Positions 56,294 to 64,000 of a stretch of DNA of 64,000 nucleotides are shown here, one piece after another. Positions within the stretch are counted from its first letter, which is position 1. Each line of letters opens with the position of its first letter. The position numbers and the translations under genes were made by a program. The stretch is from NCBI GenBank assembly GCA_043808425.1, contig JAZDEW010000064.1:11772-75771 (forward strand), read 5' to 3'. This DNA comes from Candidatus Omnitrophota bacterium. Lineage in GTDB: Bacteria; Omnitrophota; Gorgyraeia; Gygaellales; Profunditerraquicolaceae. A model generated the notes under the pieces. It ran no database searches. It saw only the letters and a program-made list of their open reading frames with translations, and had not been told where the DNA came from.

Positions 56294-57502
56294 TTATAAC
56301 TCTAACTGGTGCCCCATCTTTTCTTTCTTTGTTTTAAGGTATTTATAATTCTGATCATTAGGCTCAATCTCTAAGGGTACCCGCTGTAAAACCTTTAGCC
56401 CATAACCTTCCAGGCCGACAATTTTACGCGGATTATTAGTTAGCAATCTGATCTGCTTAATCCCTAAATCTACAAGAATCTGAGCGCCAATGCCATAATC
56501 GCGTAAATCCGCTTTGTGCCCCAACGCCTCATTAGCTTCCACCGTATCCATTCCGTTATCCTGCAAATTATACGCACGCAACTTCTCAATTAATCCTATA
56601 CCGCGCCCTTCTTGATGCATATAGAGGATTACGCCTTTCTTTTCTAAAGCAATAAGCTGCATCGACTTCTCTAGCTGCCTTCCACAGTCACAACGCAATG
56701 AACCAAAAACATCTCCGGTCAAACATTCTGAATGTACGCGCACCAAGACCGACTCATGCGACCAATTTCCCATACACAAAGCAATATGCGTTTGATTATT
56801 AGTTTGATCACGATAAACAAATAACTTAAATTCACCAAATTTTGTCGGCAATCTGGTTTGCACAATGGCCTCCACCAGCTTCTCGCTTCGACGGCGATAT
56901 TCAATAAGGCTGGCAATCGTACAAATCCTTAAAGCATGTTTGCCGGCAAACTCCAAAAGCTGCTTTAAGCGAGCCATACTGCCATCATCGTTCATGATCT
57001 CACAAATTACCCCTGCCGGATAAAGCCCGGCCAAGCGCATCAAATCCACGCTAGCTTCCGTATGCCCTGCCCGAACTAAGACTCCTCCGCAACGCGAAAG
57101 TAAAGGAAAAACGTGTCCGGGACGCACTATGTCCTGCGCCCTACTTTGCCGGTTAATTAAGGCCTCAATTGTTCTGGCCCGATCTCCAGCAGAGATACCG
57201 GTACTAACTCCTTTAGCGGCATCCACGGAAATCATCCAAGCGGTTTTAAAAAGATCCTCGCTGCCAACGGACAAGGTATTCTTAAGCATAGGATCGAGCT
57301 CCAAAAAACGTAACCTTTCCTCCTCCATGGGAACACAAATCAGGCCCCGGCCAAATTTAGCCATAAAATTAATGTCTGCGGATTTAATTTTTGATGCCGC
57401 CATTACTAAGTCACCTTCGTTTTCACGATCTTCATCGTCAACAACAATGACCATTAATCCGGCTTTTAAATCTTCTAAAATTTCTGGGATGCTATTAAAC
57501 AT
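56294..57502 (-). CDS. ribBA: Bifunctional 3,4-dihydroxy-2-butanone-4-phosphate synthase / GTP cyclohydrolase II
   Basis: DHBP synthase motifs (VVVDDEDRENEGDLV) plus GTP cyclohydrolase II Cys cluster (CxxGxxFxSxxCDC). The start is called at the ATG at 57502, which follows AAGGAGAGG. The longer ORF reaching 57544 runs into the riboswitch expression platform. Confidence 0.85.
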   Translation of the reverse strand: MFNSIPEILEDLKAGLMVIVVDDEDRENEGDLVMAASKIKSADINFMAKFGRGLICVPMEEERLRFLELDPMLKNTLSVGSEDLFKTAWMISVDAAKGVSTGISAGDRARTIEALINRQSRAQDIVRPGHVFPLLSRCGGVLVRAGHTEASVDLMRLAGLYPAGVICEIMNDDGSMARLKQLLEFAGKHALRICTIASLIEYRRRSEKLVEAIVQTRLPTKFGEFKLFVYRDQTNNQTHIALCMGNWSHESVLVRVHSECLTGDVFGSLRCDCGRQLEKSMQLIALEKKGVILYMHQEGRGIGLIEKLRAYNLQDNGMDTVEANEALGHKADLRDYGIGAQILVDLGIKQIRLLTNNPRKIVGLEGYGLKVLQRVPLEIEPNDQNYKYLKTKKEKMGHQLEL

Positions 57503-57600
57503 ACCTCTCCTTGCCCACAAGGGCACACCCGCGCTCCCTACCAAGGGACACCGGCGCGATTCAAATTAGCGCCGCGTAACTTCTTAGCGCCAAGAGCAAT

Positions 57601-57632
57601 AAAAAACCCGAAACAAAATCTTCGGGCCTTAA
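57601..57632 (-). terminator. Rho-independent terminator, the expression platform of the FMN riboswitch
   Basis: Minus strand reads GGCCCGAAGATTTTGTTTCGGGTTTTTT. The stem is CCCGAA/TTCGGG followed by a T-run, 100 nt upstream of the ribBA start. Confidence 0.6.
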
Positions 57633-57644
57633 CTCTTTCCCGCC

Positions 57645-57800
57645 ATACTCATTGGCGGGTCCGCCGTACATTATAGCGGAAATCTTCTTCCATCTGGACT
57701 ATGACCATCGGCCCTGGAATCTCACCAGATCTGTCCGCCAATGAATTAAAGGCTGACTCGCGGGCTAAACCGCCGGTAAGGATTTTCACCTTGCCCTAAA
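57645..57800 (-). ncRNA. FMN riboswitch (RFN element) controlling ribBA-ribH
   Basis: Minus strand has AGGGCAAGGTGAAAATCCTTACCGGCGGTTTAGCCCGCGAG ... CAGATCTGGTGAGATTCCAGGGCCGATGG ... AGTCCAGATGGAAGAAG. These match conserved RFN blocks (GGTGAAATTCC, CCGGCGGTA, AGCCCGCGA, GATCTGGT, GATGGGAGAAG). Confidence 0.8.
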
Positions 57801-57871
57801 GATTAATTGCTATTTAGTTTAACAGAGAAACTAGACTTGTCAATATATTTAAAACGGGTATAATATCTATT

Positions 57872-58342
57872 GTGCTTAAGAAAATAACCCGGCAAATCCA
57901 TAACCAACTAACCCATCAAAAAAAAACCATTTCTCTGGCTGAATCCTGCACCGGAGGCCTTCTCGCTACACTTTTAACCAGTTTACCGGGGTCTTCGAAT
58001 TATTTTCACTCAGGGGTGATTACTTATAGCAACAAATCCAAAGAAATAATTCTAAATATACCCGCAAAAATAATCGCCAGATACGGTGCGGTTTCCCGCC
58101 AAGTTGCTATATTAATGGCTAAGAACATCCGAAAAAAAACCCATACTAATTTTGGCATCAGCATTACCGGAATGGCCAGCCCCGGAAGGACAACCACCGC
58201 CATGTCCGTGGGCACCGTCTTTATCTGCCTATCCGAAAAAAATAAAGACATTTGCCACAAATTTAAATTCTCCGGCAACCGAGAAAATATCCGAAAAAAT
58301 TCCGCCTTAAAAGCAATGCGCTTATTATCCGCTAGCTTATGA
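57872..58342 (+). CDS. cinA: CinA C-terminal domain protein (nicotinamide-nucleotide amidohydrolase PncC-like)
   Basis: ISLAESCTGGLLA motif. It is the only plus-strand gene in the window. Confidence 0.75.
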   Translation: MLKKITRQIHNQLTHQKKTISLAESCTGGLLATLLTSLPGSSNYFHSGVITYSNKSKEIILNIPAKIIARYGAVSRQVAILMAKNIRKKTHTNFGISITGMASPGRTTTAMSVGTVFICLSEKNKDICHKFKFSGNRENIRKNSALKAMRLLSASL

Positions 58343-58817
58343 AATTTGAAAAAACCGCCAACTTTAGAATTATCAAAACCACAATATTCGTATAAATGCC
58401 GGCAATTAAATCATCGGTCAAGATTCCGGCCGAACCTGATAAATGTTGTAATTTCCCAGCCGGATATGGTTTAAGTGTATCCAGGACACGAAAAACCAAA
58501 AAAGCCAAAAAAATTAACTTAAAATCATAGGGAATAAAACTAAGGGCAATGAGCATACCGGCCACTTCATCTATCACGATGCAACCAGGATCCTTCTTAT
58601 TTAATAACTTTTCCATCCGGCCGCCAGTCATTAACCCCAAAATAACTATGCCGAAAATAAATAAAAAATAATTTATTAAAGTTGTGCCTCTAAGTAAATA
58701 AAATAAACCCACTCCGGCAATACTGCCAAAAGTACCGGGGACTAACGGTAAATAGCCGATAAAAAAAACCGTACTAATAGCTTTAACAAAAAAATCACCT
58801 GCTTTTTTAAATTTCAT
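58332..58817 (-). CDS. pgpA: Phosphatidylglycerophosphatase A
   Basis: FIGYLPLVPGTFGS motif. Confidence 0.8.
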   Translation of the reverse strand: MKFKKAGDFFVKAISTVFFIGYLPLVPGTFGSIAGVGLFYLLRGTTLINYFLFIFGIVILGLMTGGRMEKLLNKKDPGCIVIDEVAGMLIALSFIPYDFKLIFLAFLVFRVLDTLKPYPAGKLQHLSGSAGILTDDLIAGIYTNIVVLIILKLAVFSNFIS

Positions 58818-59392
58818 AGACGAGTAATTACTTTACGGTTAGCCCATAAATATGACAGCCCGGAATAAAGAGTTAGCCCAACGGTTACCAGCATGAGAAA
58901 AAATATCCCCCGATGAAAGATCTTTTCCCAAGCAGGATTCCAGGTATAATATTTTAATAAAATCTCTTTAAGCAGAATAAATCCTAAAATAATAAAAATA
59001 ACCGCCATCTGTAAAACTGTCTTATGTTTACCAGCACGCGCCGCAGAAAGTATCTTACCCTTATTCAGAGCAAACAGGCGCATGGAAGTAATTAAAATTT
59101 CCCTAGAAACTATAATTACGAACATCCAAGCATCAATTAACTGCAACTGCACAAAAGCCGCGAAAGCGGCCAAAACTAAAATTTTATCCGCAATCGGATC
59201 CATCAATCTACCAAAATCCGTTACCATATTCCTGCGCTGCGCGATCAGGCCATCAAAATAATCCGATAAAGCGGCCAAGATAAAAACCACCAAACTAATA
59301 GCTTTAGGCCAAAGCCCGTTACAAAACAAAAAAAACATAAACACAAAAGTTAATAAAATGCGCAACATGGTCAACCGATTAGCAAGATTCAT
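58814..59392 (-). CDS. pgsA: CDP-diacylglycerol--glycerol-3-phosphate 3-phosphatidyltransferase
   Basis: CDP-alcohol phosphatidyltransferase motif DYFDG...G...DPIADK. Confidence 0.85.
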   Translation of the reverse strand: MNLANRLTMLRILLTFVFMFFLFCNGLWPKAISLVVFILAALSDYFDGLIAQRRNMVTDFGRLMDPIADKILVLAAFAAFVQLQLIDAWMFVIIVSREILITSMRLFALNKGKILSAARAGKHKTVLQMAVIFIILGFILLKEILLKYYTWNPAWEKIFHRGIFFLMLVTVGLTLYSGLSYLWANRKVITRL

Positions 59393-59509
59393 CGTACACC
59401 TTCCTGCCTGCCGGCAGGCAGGCTTTCATATTTAATTTTTTAATTTGATTCCTACTTTTATAAATTCTATATTTCTAACCCCTTGAATACATAGAAAGTG
59501 CGGGATTCA
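59393..59509. repeat. Bipartite intergenic repeat element, copy D, in the rimO-pgsA spacer
   Basis: Perfect palindrome at 59403-59422 followed on the coding strand by AAGGTGTACG-ATG(pgsA). The 26-nt box ttgaatacatagaaagtgcgggattca overlaps the rimO stop. Confidence 0.7.
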
Positions 59510-60754
59510 TAGTTTTGGCTCCCCCACTAAGTCATACTCTAAAGTATCTGTAATTTTTACCTGAATAAATTTACCCATTCTCAAGGGCTGTTTAGTGTTT
59601 ATATACACCACTCCGTCTACCTCCGGGGCATCAGCCTGACTCCGCCCAACATAAACACGGCCTTGTTTTTCCTCCACTAAAACAGAAATAATCTTTCCCA
59701 GTAATTTGCCATTCAAAACGGCCGCTATTTGACGCTGCGTGGCCATAATTTTATCAAATCTCTTTTGTTTTAACTGCTGGCAAATTTGTCCCTTAAAATT
59801 AAAAGCGCGCGTGCCCTCTTCCCGGGAATAGATAAAAGCTCCCAGCCTTTCAAATTTCGCCTCTTTAACAAAATCCAGCAACTCATTAAATTCTTCTGCT
59901 GTCTCTGAGGGAAAACCTACAATTAAAGAAGTACGCAGATAAACCCCGGGGATAGCTTCCCTGATCTTCTTAATCAGAGCAATAATCTCTTCCTTGGTAG
60001 TTGTGCGATTCATCAACTTTAGAATGCGATTATTAATATGTTGTATGGGCAAATCAATATATTTACATATCCGGCTTGAAGTTGCCATTAGCCTCAACAA
60101 CTCATTAGTAATTCGTTTTGGATTCAAATATAAAAGACGAATCCATCCAATCTGCGGCGTATATCTAATTATTTTCCGTAAGAGGCCGGCCAGCTGACTT
60201 TTGCCGGAAACATCTATTCCAAAACCGGTAATATCCTGACCAATAATATTTAGCTCTGAAATCCTTTCCTGATTAAAACGCTTAACTTTACGAATTATCG
60301 TTGACTCGTTTAGGCTCTCCAGCCTGCCTTTAATCTTGGGAATTACGCAGTAACTACACTGGTTTACACAACCTTCGCATATTTTCAAGTAAGCGTAATG
60401 CGCAGGGGTTAAAGCAAACCTTTTTAATTCATGATTTAACCCCAATCTTCCTACAAAAGCGTCTACTTCCGGTAAATCTTTGGCTAAATTTTTATAACGC
60501 TGTGCCAGGCAACCGTAAACGATTATTTTTTTAAGTTTCCCCTGCTTTTTTAGCTCAATCAAATTCAAGATGGCATCAATGGATTCACGCTTGGCCTCTT
60601 GAATAAAAGCACAGGTATTCACTAAAACAACCTGTGCGCGAGCTATGTCTTCAACTATAGAATAATCTTTAAAACTGAGCCGTCCGGCAAGGTCTTCGGC
60701 ATCCACCAGGTTTCTAGGACAGCCTAAGGAAAGTATACCTATCCTCTGTTTCAT
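59507..60754 (-). CDS. rimO: Ribosomal protein S12 methylthiotransferase RimO (radical SAM MTTase)
   Basis: N-terminal MTTase domain (ILSLGCPRNLVDAE), radical-SAM CxxxCxxC (CVNQCSYC) and a C-terminal TRAM domain. Confidence 0.75.
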   Translation of the reverse strand: MKQRIGILSLGCPRNLVDAEDLAGRLSFKDYSIVEDIARAQVVLVNTCAFIQEAKRESIDAILNLIELKKQGKLKKIIVYGCLAQRYKNLAKDLPEVDAFVGRLGLNHELKRFALTPAHYAYLKICEGCVNQCSYCVIPKIKGRLESLNESTIIRKVKRFNQERISELNIIGQDITGFGIDVSGKSQLAGLLRKIIRYTPQIGWIRLLYLNPKRITNELLRLMATSSRICKYIDLPIQHINNRILKLMNRTTTKEEIIALIKKIREAIPGVYLRTSLIVGFPSETAEEFNELLDFVKEAKFERLGAFIYSREEGTRAFNFKGQICQQLKQKRFDKIMATQRQIAAVLNGKLLGKIISVLVEEKQGRVYVGRSQADAPEVDGVVYINTKQPLRMGKFIQVKITDTLEYDLVGEPKL

Positions 60755-61539
60755 CTGGAAATTTTCAAACCTTCTTTATTAATCAGAACATTCTTTAAAG
60801 ACTGCCCATGCCGGCCGAGATTAGCAAAACGCTGGTCATTAACCTGCAGCTCTACCGCCCCGGCATCTCCCAGAGACAATTCAACTTTTTCCTTAGCTTG
60901 CCAGGTTTCAGATCGGCCACGAGCAAGCGCGCCATGGAAGACAACCTTCCCATCAACTTTTACCGAGATCCAGGATTTGCCACGCGCAAATACGCCCAAA
61001 GTAAACCCTGAAGCTAAATCTTTATTAATTTTAGCTTGCCTAGCCTCAGCCTTAGGGACAGGGACAGAAACGGGCATTAATTTTTTAGCCTTCTCTATCT
61101 GATTCTTAGGCCGCGAAGAAACCAGTTTAATTAAACTGATCCCTAAAAATATAAAAATGAACGGAATAACTACAAATATAATTATTTTCTTTAAGCTCAC
61201 CCTGGGCTTGAGCGCGCTTAGCTTAATAGAAACATCTTTAATAAAAGAATATTTCTTTTCCATCCGCGCTCCGATAGGCTTACCGACAGCCGCATTTAAA
61301 GGTGGCTTCTGCCGCTGTTCATTAGTAACAATAAAAGCTTTAGCATCCAAACCAAGGCAAGCGCAATAAATCTTAATAAAACCTTTAAGATAAATCGGGC
61401 TTAAATTTGAAATACTATCACCTTCAATTGCGCGTAAAACGTTGAGGTGAATTTTGGTCTTTTTTTGGATATCCTCTAAACTTAATCCTCTTTCCTGACG
61501 AATCTTCTTTAGCCGGGGACCGACTGCCTCAATATTCAT
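60751..61539 (-). CDS. rodZ: RodZ-like cytoskeleton protein (XRE HTH, TM, C-terminal DUF4115-like domain)
   Basis: N-terminal HTH (GPRLKKIRQERGLSLEDIQKKTKI), a single transmembrane segment and a C-terminal beta domain. Confidence 0.65.
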   Translation of the reverse strand: MNIEAVGPRLKKIRQERGLSLEDIQKKTKIHLNVLRAIEGDSISNLSPIYLKGFIKIYCACLGLDAKAFIVTNEQRQKPPLNAAVGKPIGARMEKKYSFIKDVSIKLSALKPRVSLKKIIIFVVIPFIFIFLGISLIKLVSSRPKNQIEKAKKLMPVSVPVPKAEARQAKINKDLASGFTLGVFARGKSWISVKVDGKVVFHGALARGRSETWQAKEKVELSLGDAGAVELQVNDQRFANLGRHGQSLKNVLINKEGLKISR

Positions 61540-63731
61540 TCAGCACCTTCTCTCTTATTCATCCCAGTAGTTTCCACGCCTTTAGCACCAGTCAATTCTT
61601 TGAGCCAAGCCTGACGGTCAACTAAAATCCGGCGCGGCTTACTTCCTTCAAACTGCCCCACTAACCCTTCTGCCTCCATCATATCAATAATGCGCGCGGC
61701 ACGCGTATATCCTAAGCGCATTCGCCGCTGCAATATAGAAACCGAGGCCTGATTACTTTCCATGATTACACGCACCGCTTCATCATAAAGCTCATCTTTA
61801 TCGCCATTGGCTAAACTATTTTTTTGCTGCTCCTTAAGAATCTGCTCATCATAAGCCGGCTCACCTTGAGCCTTAATAAATTTTACCACCCGCTCAATCT
61901 CAGCATCTTTAACCAAGGCCCCCTGAATACGCACTAAATCTTCTTTTCCGGGTTGCAAAAATAACATGTCCCCCTTGCCTAATAAAGCCTCCGCGCCATT
62001 GCCATCTAGCACTGTACGTGAATCAACTTTAGAGGCCACTTTAAAAGATACGCGCGCCGGTAAATTTGCTTTAATTACTCCGGTAATTACATCCACGCTT
62101 GGCCGCTGCGTAGCTAAAATCAAATGTATGCCTACCGCCCGCGATAGCTGCGCCAAACGCGTAATCGCATTCTCAATCTGATCACGCGCCACACTCATTA
62201 AATCCGCAAACTCATCAACAACAACAATAATATAAGGAATCTTTTCCTGCTTTTCATTATATGCCTCAATATTCCTAACTCCGATTTTAGATAAGAGCAC
62301 GTAACGAGATTCCATCTCGGAAACCACCCAATTAAGGGCAACGGCTGCCTTCTTGGCGTCTGTAACTACCGGACACAAAAGATGCGGCAGGCCATTAAAA
62401 GGCATCAGTTCCACCATCTTAGGATCAATCATTAAAAATTTTAAATCATTCGGAGATCCGCGGAAAAGTAATGACAAAATGCAGGTATTCACGCAGACAG
62501 TTTTACCAGAACCGGTAGTTCCGGCAATTAACAAATGCGGCATATCATCTAAATCACCAAATACGGATCGACCGGTAATATCCTTGCCCAAAGCGATGGT
62601 CAAAAACGACTTATGCTTATGATACTCCGCAGAGGTAAGCAAATCTCGAATACAAACTAATGTACTCTGCAGATTAGGCACCTCCACCCCTACCCTGCCT
62701 TTTCCCGGAATAGGAGCGATAATCCTGATCGACTGGGCCTTGATCGCCAAAGCGATATCATCACTTAAGGCCTCAATACGGTTAATCTTTACTCCGGCCG
62801 CCGGTTCCAATTCATAACGAGTAATAACCGGGCCACGGATAATATCCGTAACTTTTGCCAAAATACCAAAATCTTCTAAAGTATCTTCCAATGTCCTAGC
62901 GCAGGCCTCCAAGTCTTCTTTCATTTGTTTATTATCCGCCGGCGGCGGCGCGTCTAATAAATCCACGGAAGGCAAATGATAATCACCAATCTTTAGTTCG
63001 CTAGTTTTTATCTTAATTTGCTCTAGCGGCTTATTTTTAATCTGAGTTTTTAAATCTGACATAAAAATTTTAGGCTTCGATAAGCCAGGCTCAAAATCTT
63101 GTCTTTTAGGCAATAAGCTATTTTTACCGCCAAGGTTGGGCTTAATTTTCGCTACAAGATGTTTTTGCCGATTAGAAAAAAAAGACAGACTGGAAAAAAC
63201 AGATTTTATTTTTCCGGCGAGCTTAAGAAAAAGCGAAGAAATAAGAATCTCCGTCACCAGGGCCAAAGAGAGAATGATAAAAGTAATAAAAATAATAAAA
63301 CCGCCTAAACGGCTAAAATAAGTAGTGATGAAATTAGCCGTAAGCGCGCCAAAAAATCCTGAGGTCTGGAACCTTAAGCTATCGTTATTTAAATTAAACA
63401 TACCGATGAGCGAGCTTATGGAAACCAGCAGCACAAACATTCCTAAAATGCGCGCCACGCTTAAGTAGGGCTTATCCTGGCGAAAATATTTTATGCCCAG
63501 CATGATCACTAAGAAGGGTATGCAAAAACTGGAGAGACTACCAAAAAGTAGAACGATTAACCCGGCCAAATAGGCACCAAAAACTCCCAGAAGATTTTTA
63601 GCGGGGAAATTAGGAGCGGAGGTGTAAAAAACAAGATCCAAACGGTCAAAGCGAACAAGGCTGGCCAAAACCATCAACCCCGCCGCTACCAGAACAACGC
63701 CCTTGACCTCATTAATTCTTCTTTCTCTCAC
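61536..63731 (-). CDS. ftsK: DNA translocase FtsK/SpoIIIE
   Basis: N-terminal transmembrane segments, Walker A motif LLIAGTTGSGKTV and a C-terminal gamma winged-helix domain. Confidence 0.9.
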   Translation of the reverse strand: MRERRINEVKGVVLVAAGLMVLASLVRFDRLDLVFYTSAPNFPAKNLLGVFGAYLAGLIVLLFGSLSSFCIPFLVIMLGIKYFRQDKPYLSVARILGMFVLLVSISSLIGMFNLNNDSLRFQTSGFFGALTANFITTYFSRLGGFIIFITFIILSLALVTEILISSLFLKLAGKIKSVFSSLSFFSNRQKHLVAKIKPNLGGKNSLLPKRQDFEPGLSKPKIFMSDLKTQIKNKPLEQIKIKTSELKIGDYHLPSVDLLDAPPPADNKQMKEDLEACARTLEDTLEDFGILAKVTDIIRGPVITRYELEPAAGVKINRIEALSDDIALAIKAQSIRIIAPIPGKGRVGVEVPNLQSTLVCIRDLLTSAEYHKHKSFLTIALGKDITGRSVFGDLDDMPHLLIAGTTGSGKTVCVNTCILSLLFRGSPNDLKFLMIDPKMVELMPFNGLPHLLCPVVTDAKKAAVALNWVVSEMESRYVLLSKIGVRNIEAYNEKQEKIPYIIVVVDEFADLMSVARDQIENAITRLAQLSRAVGIHLILATQRPSVDVITGVIKANLPARVSFKVASKVDSRTVLDGNGAEALLGKGDMLFLQPGKEDLVRIQGALVKDAEIERVVKFIKAQGEPAYDEQILKEQQKNSLANGDKDELYDEAVRVIMESNQASVSILQRRMRLGYTRAARIIDMMEAEGLVGQFEGSKPRRILVDRQAWLKELTGAKGVETTGMNKREGAE

Positions 63732-64000
63732 TTAGCTGCTTTGTTGCGGTGCTTCAGCCTGTTTTTTGCTTAAATTAATCCTACCCAATTCATCTATACC
63801 GATAACCTTAACATTAAATTCATCACCCACTTTAACCACATCCTCAATTTTTTTAACGAAGGTACTGGACAGCTCAGATACATGCACCAGCCCCTCTTTA
63901 CGCGGGGCCAGCTCAACAAATACCCCAAATTGCATAATCCGCTTTACTTTGCCAAAATAAATCCGGCCTACCTCTAGTTCATCCGTGATCGCCTTAATCA
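63732..64000 (-). CDS. pnp: Polyribonucleotide nucleotidyltransferase (PNPase). Only the C-terminal S1 domain is in the window; the gene continues beyond the window edge.
   Basis: The in-frame translation continues upstream of the listed Met (..[31 protein letters not shown]..), matching the PNPase S1 domain. There is no stop before the window end. Confidence 0.7.
   Translation of the reverse strand, partial: IKAITDELEVGRIYFGKVKRIMQFGVFVELAPRKEGLVHVSELSSTFVKKIEDVVKVGDEFNVKVIGIDELGRINLSKKQAEAPQQSS

Noticed and set aside
57503-57544. N-terminal extension of ribBA (MVGSAGVPLWARRG) from the ORF track
   Set aside because: The extension runs into the riboswitch expression platform. An internal ATG at 57502 with a strong AAGGAGAGG ribosome-binding site gives a canonical RibBA N-terminus.
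27995-59422. Copies of the CCTGCCTGCCGGCAGGCAGG palindrome considered as a possible CRISPR array
   Set aside because: The copies are 6-26 kb apart, perfectly palindromic, without regular spacers and with no cas genes. They are a dispersed intergenic repeat and not CRISPR.

Overview
The window is a compact, low-GC bacterial chromosome segment in which 57 of 58 genes lie on the minus strand. Most of it is housekeeping. In coordinate order the window holds the cell-shape genes mreB-mreC-mreD-mrdA (1..3873), aroA, rluD and lgt-lspA. Next come a dksA-like gene, ileS, mtnP, proC and yggS. An almost complete division and cell-wall (dcw) cluster follows, ftsA back to mraZ at 14.6-31.5 kb, with no ftsZ between ftsA and yggS. 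Further along are ribF, nrnA, rbfA, cca and xerD, then ligA, a riboflavin operon with an FMN riboswitch, cinA, pgpA, pgsA, rimO, rodZ, ftsK and the 3' part of pnp. The one clear accessory region is a roughly 10.7 kb AT-rich defence island (about 41.2-51.9 kb) lying directly 3' of a tRNA-Pro(CGG) gene. It holds a tight five-gene operon radC, Bro-N/DinD-like gene, Type III mod, rhuM, Type III res. After a 320-bp hairpin-repeat spacer it also holds a SNF2/SWIM helicase and an orphan nucleotidyltransferase (MNT-like) gene. Scattered through the core there is also a family of bipartite intergenic repeat elements. Each has a 20-nt perfect palindrome CCTGCCTGCCGGCAGGCAGG just upstream of a ribosome-binding site and a conserved 26-nt box that overlaps the preceding stop codon. 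Two heptanucleotide tandem-repeat arrays are present, one of them in-frame inside yggS. The FMN riboswitch with its terminator, and a sigma-70 promoter plus three MraZ-box repeats before mraZ, are the main regulatory features. No CRISPR array, integrase or transposase was recognised. All similarity calls are from motif recognition by eye; no database searches were run.
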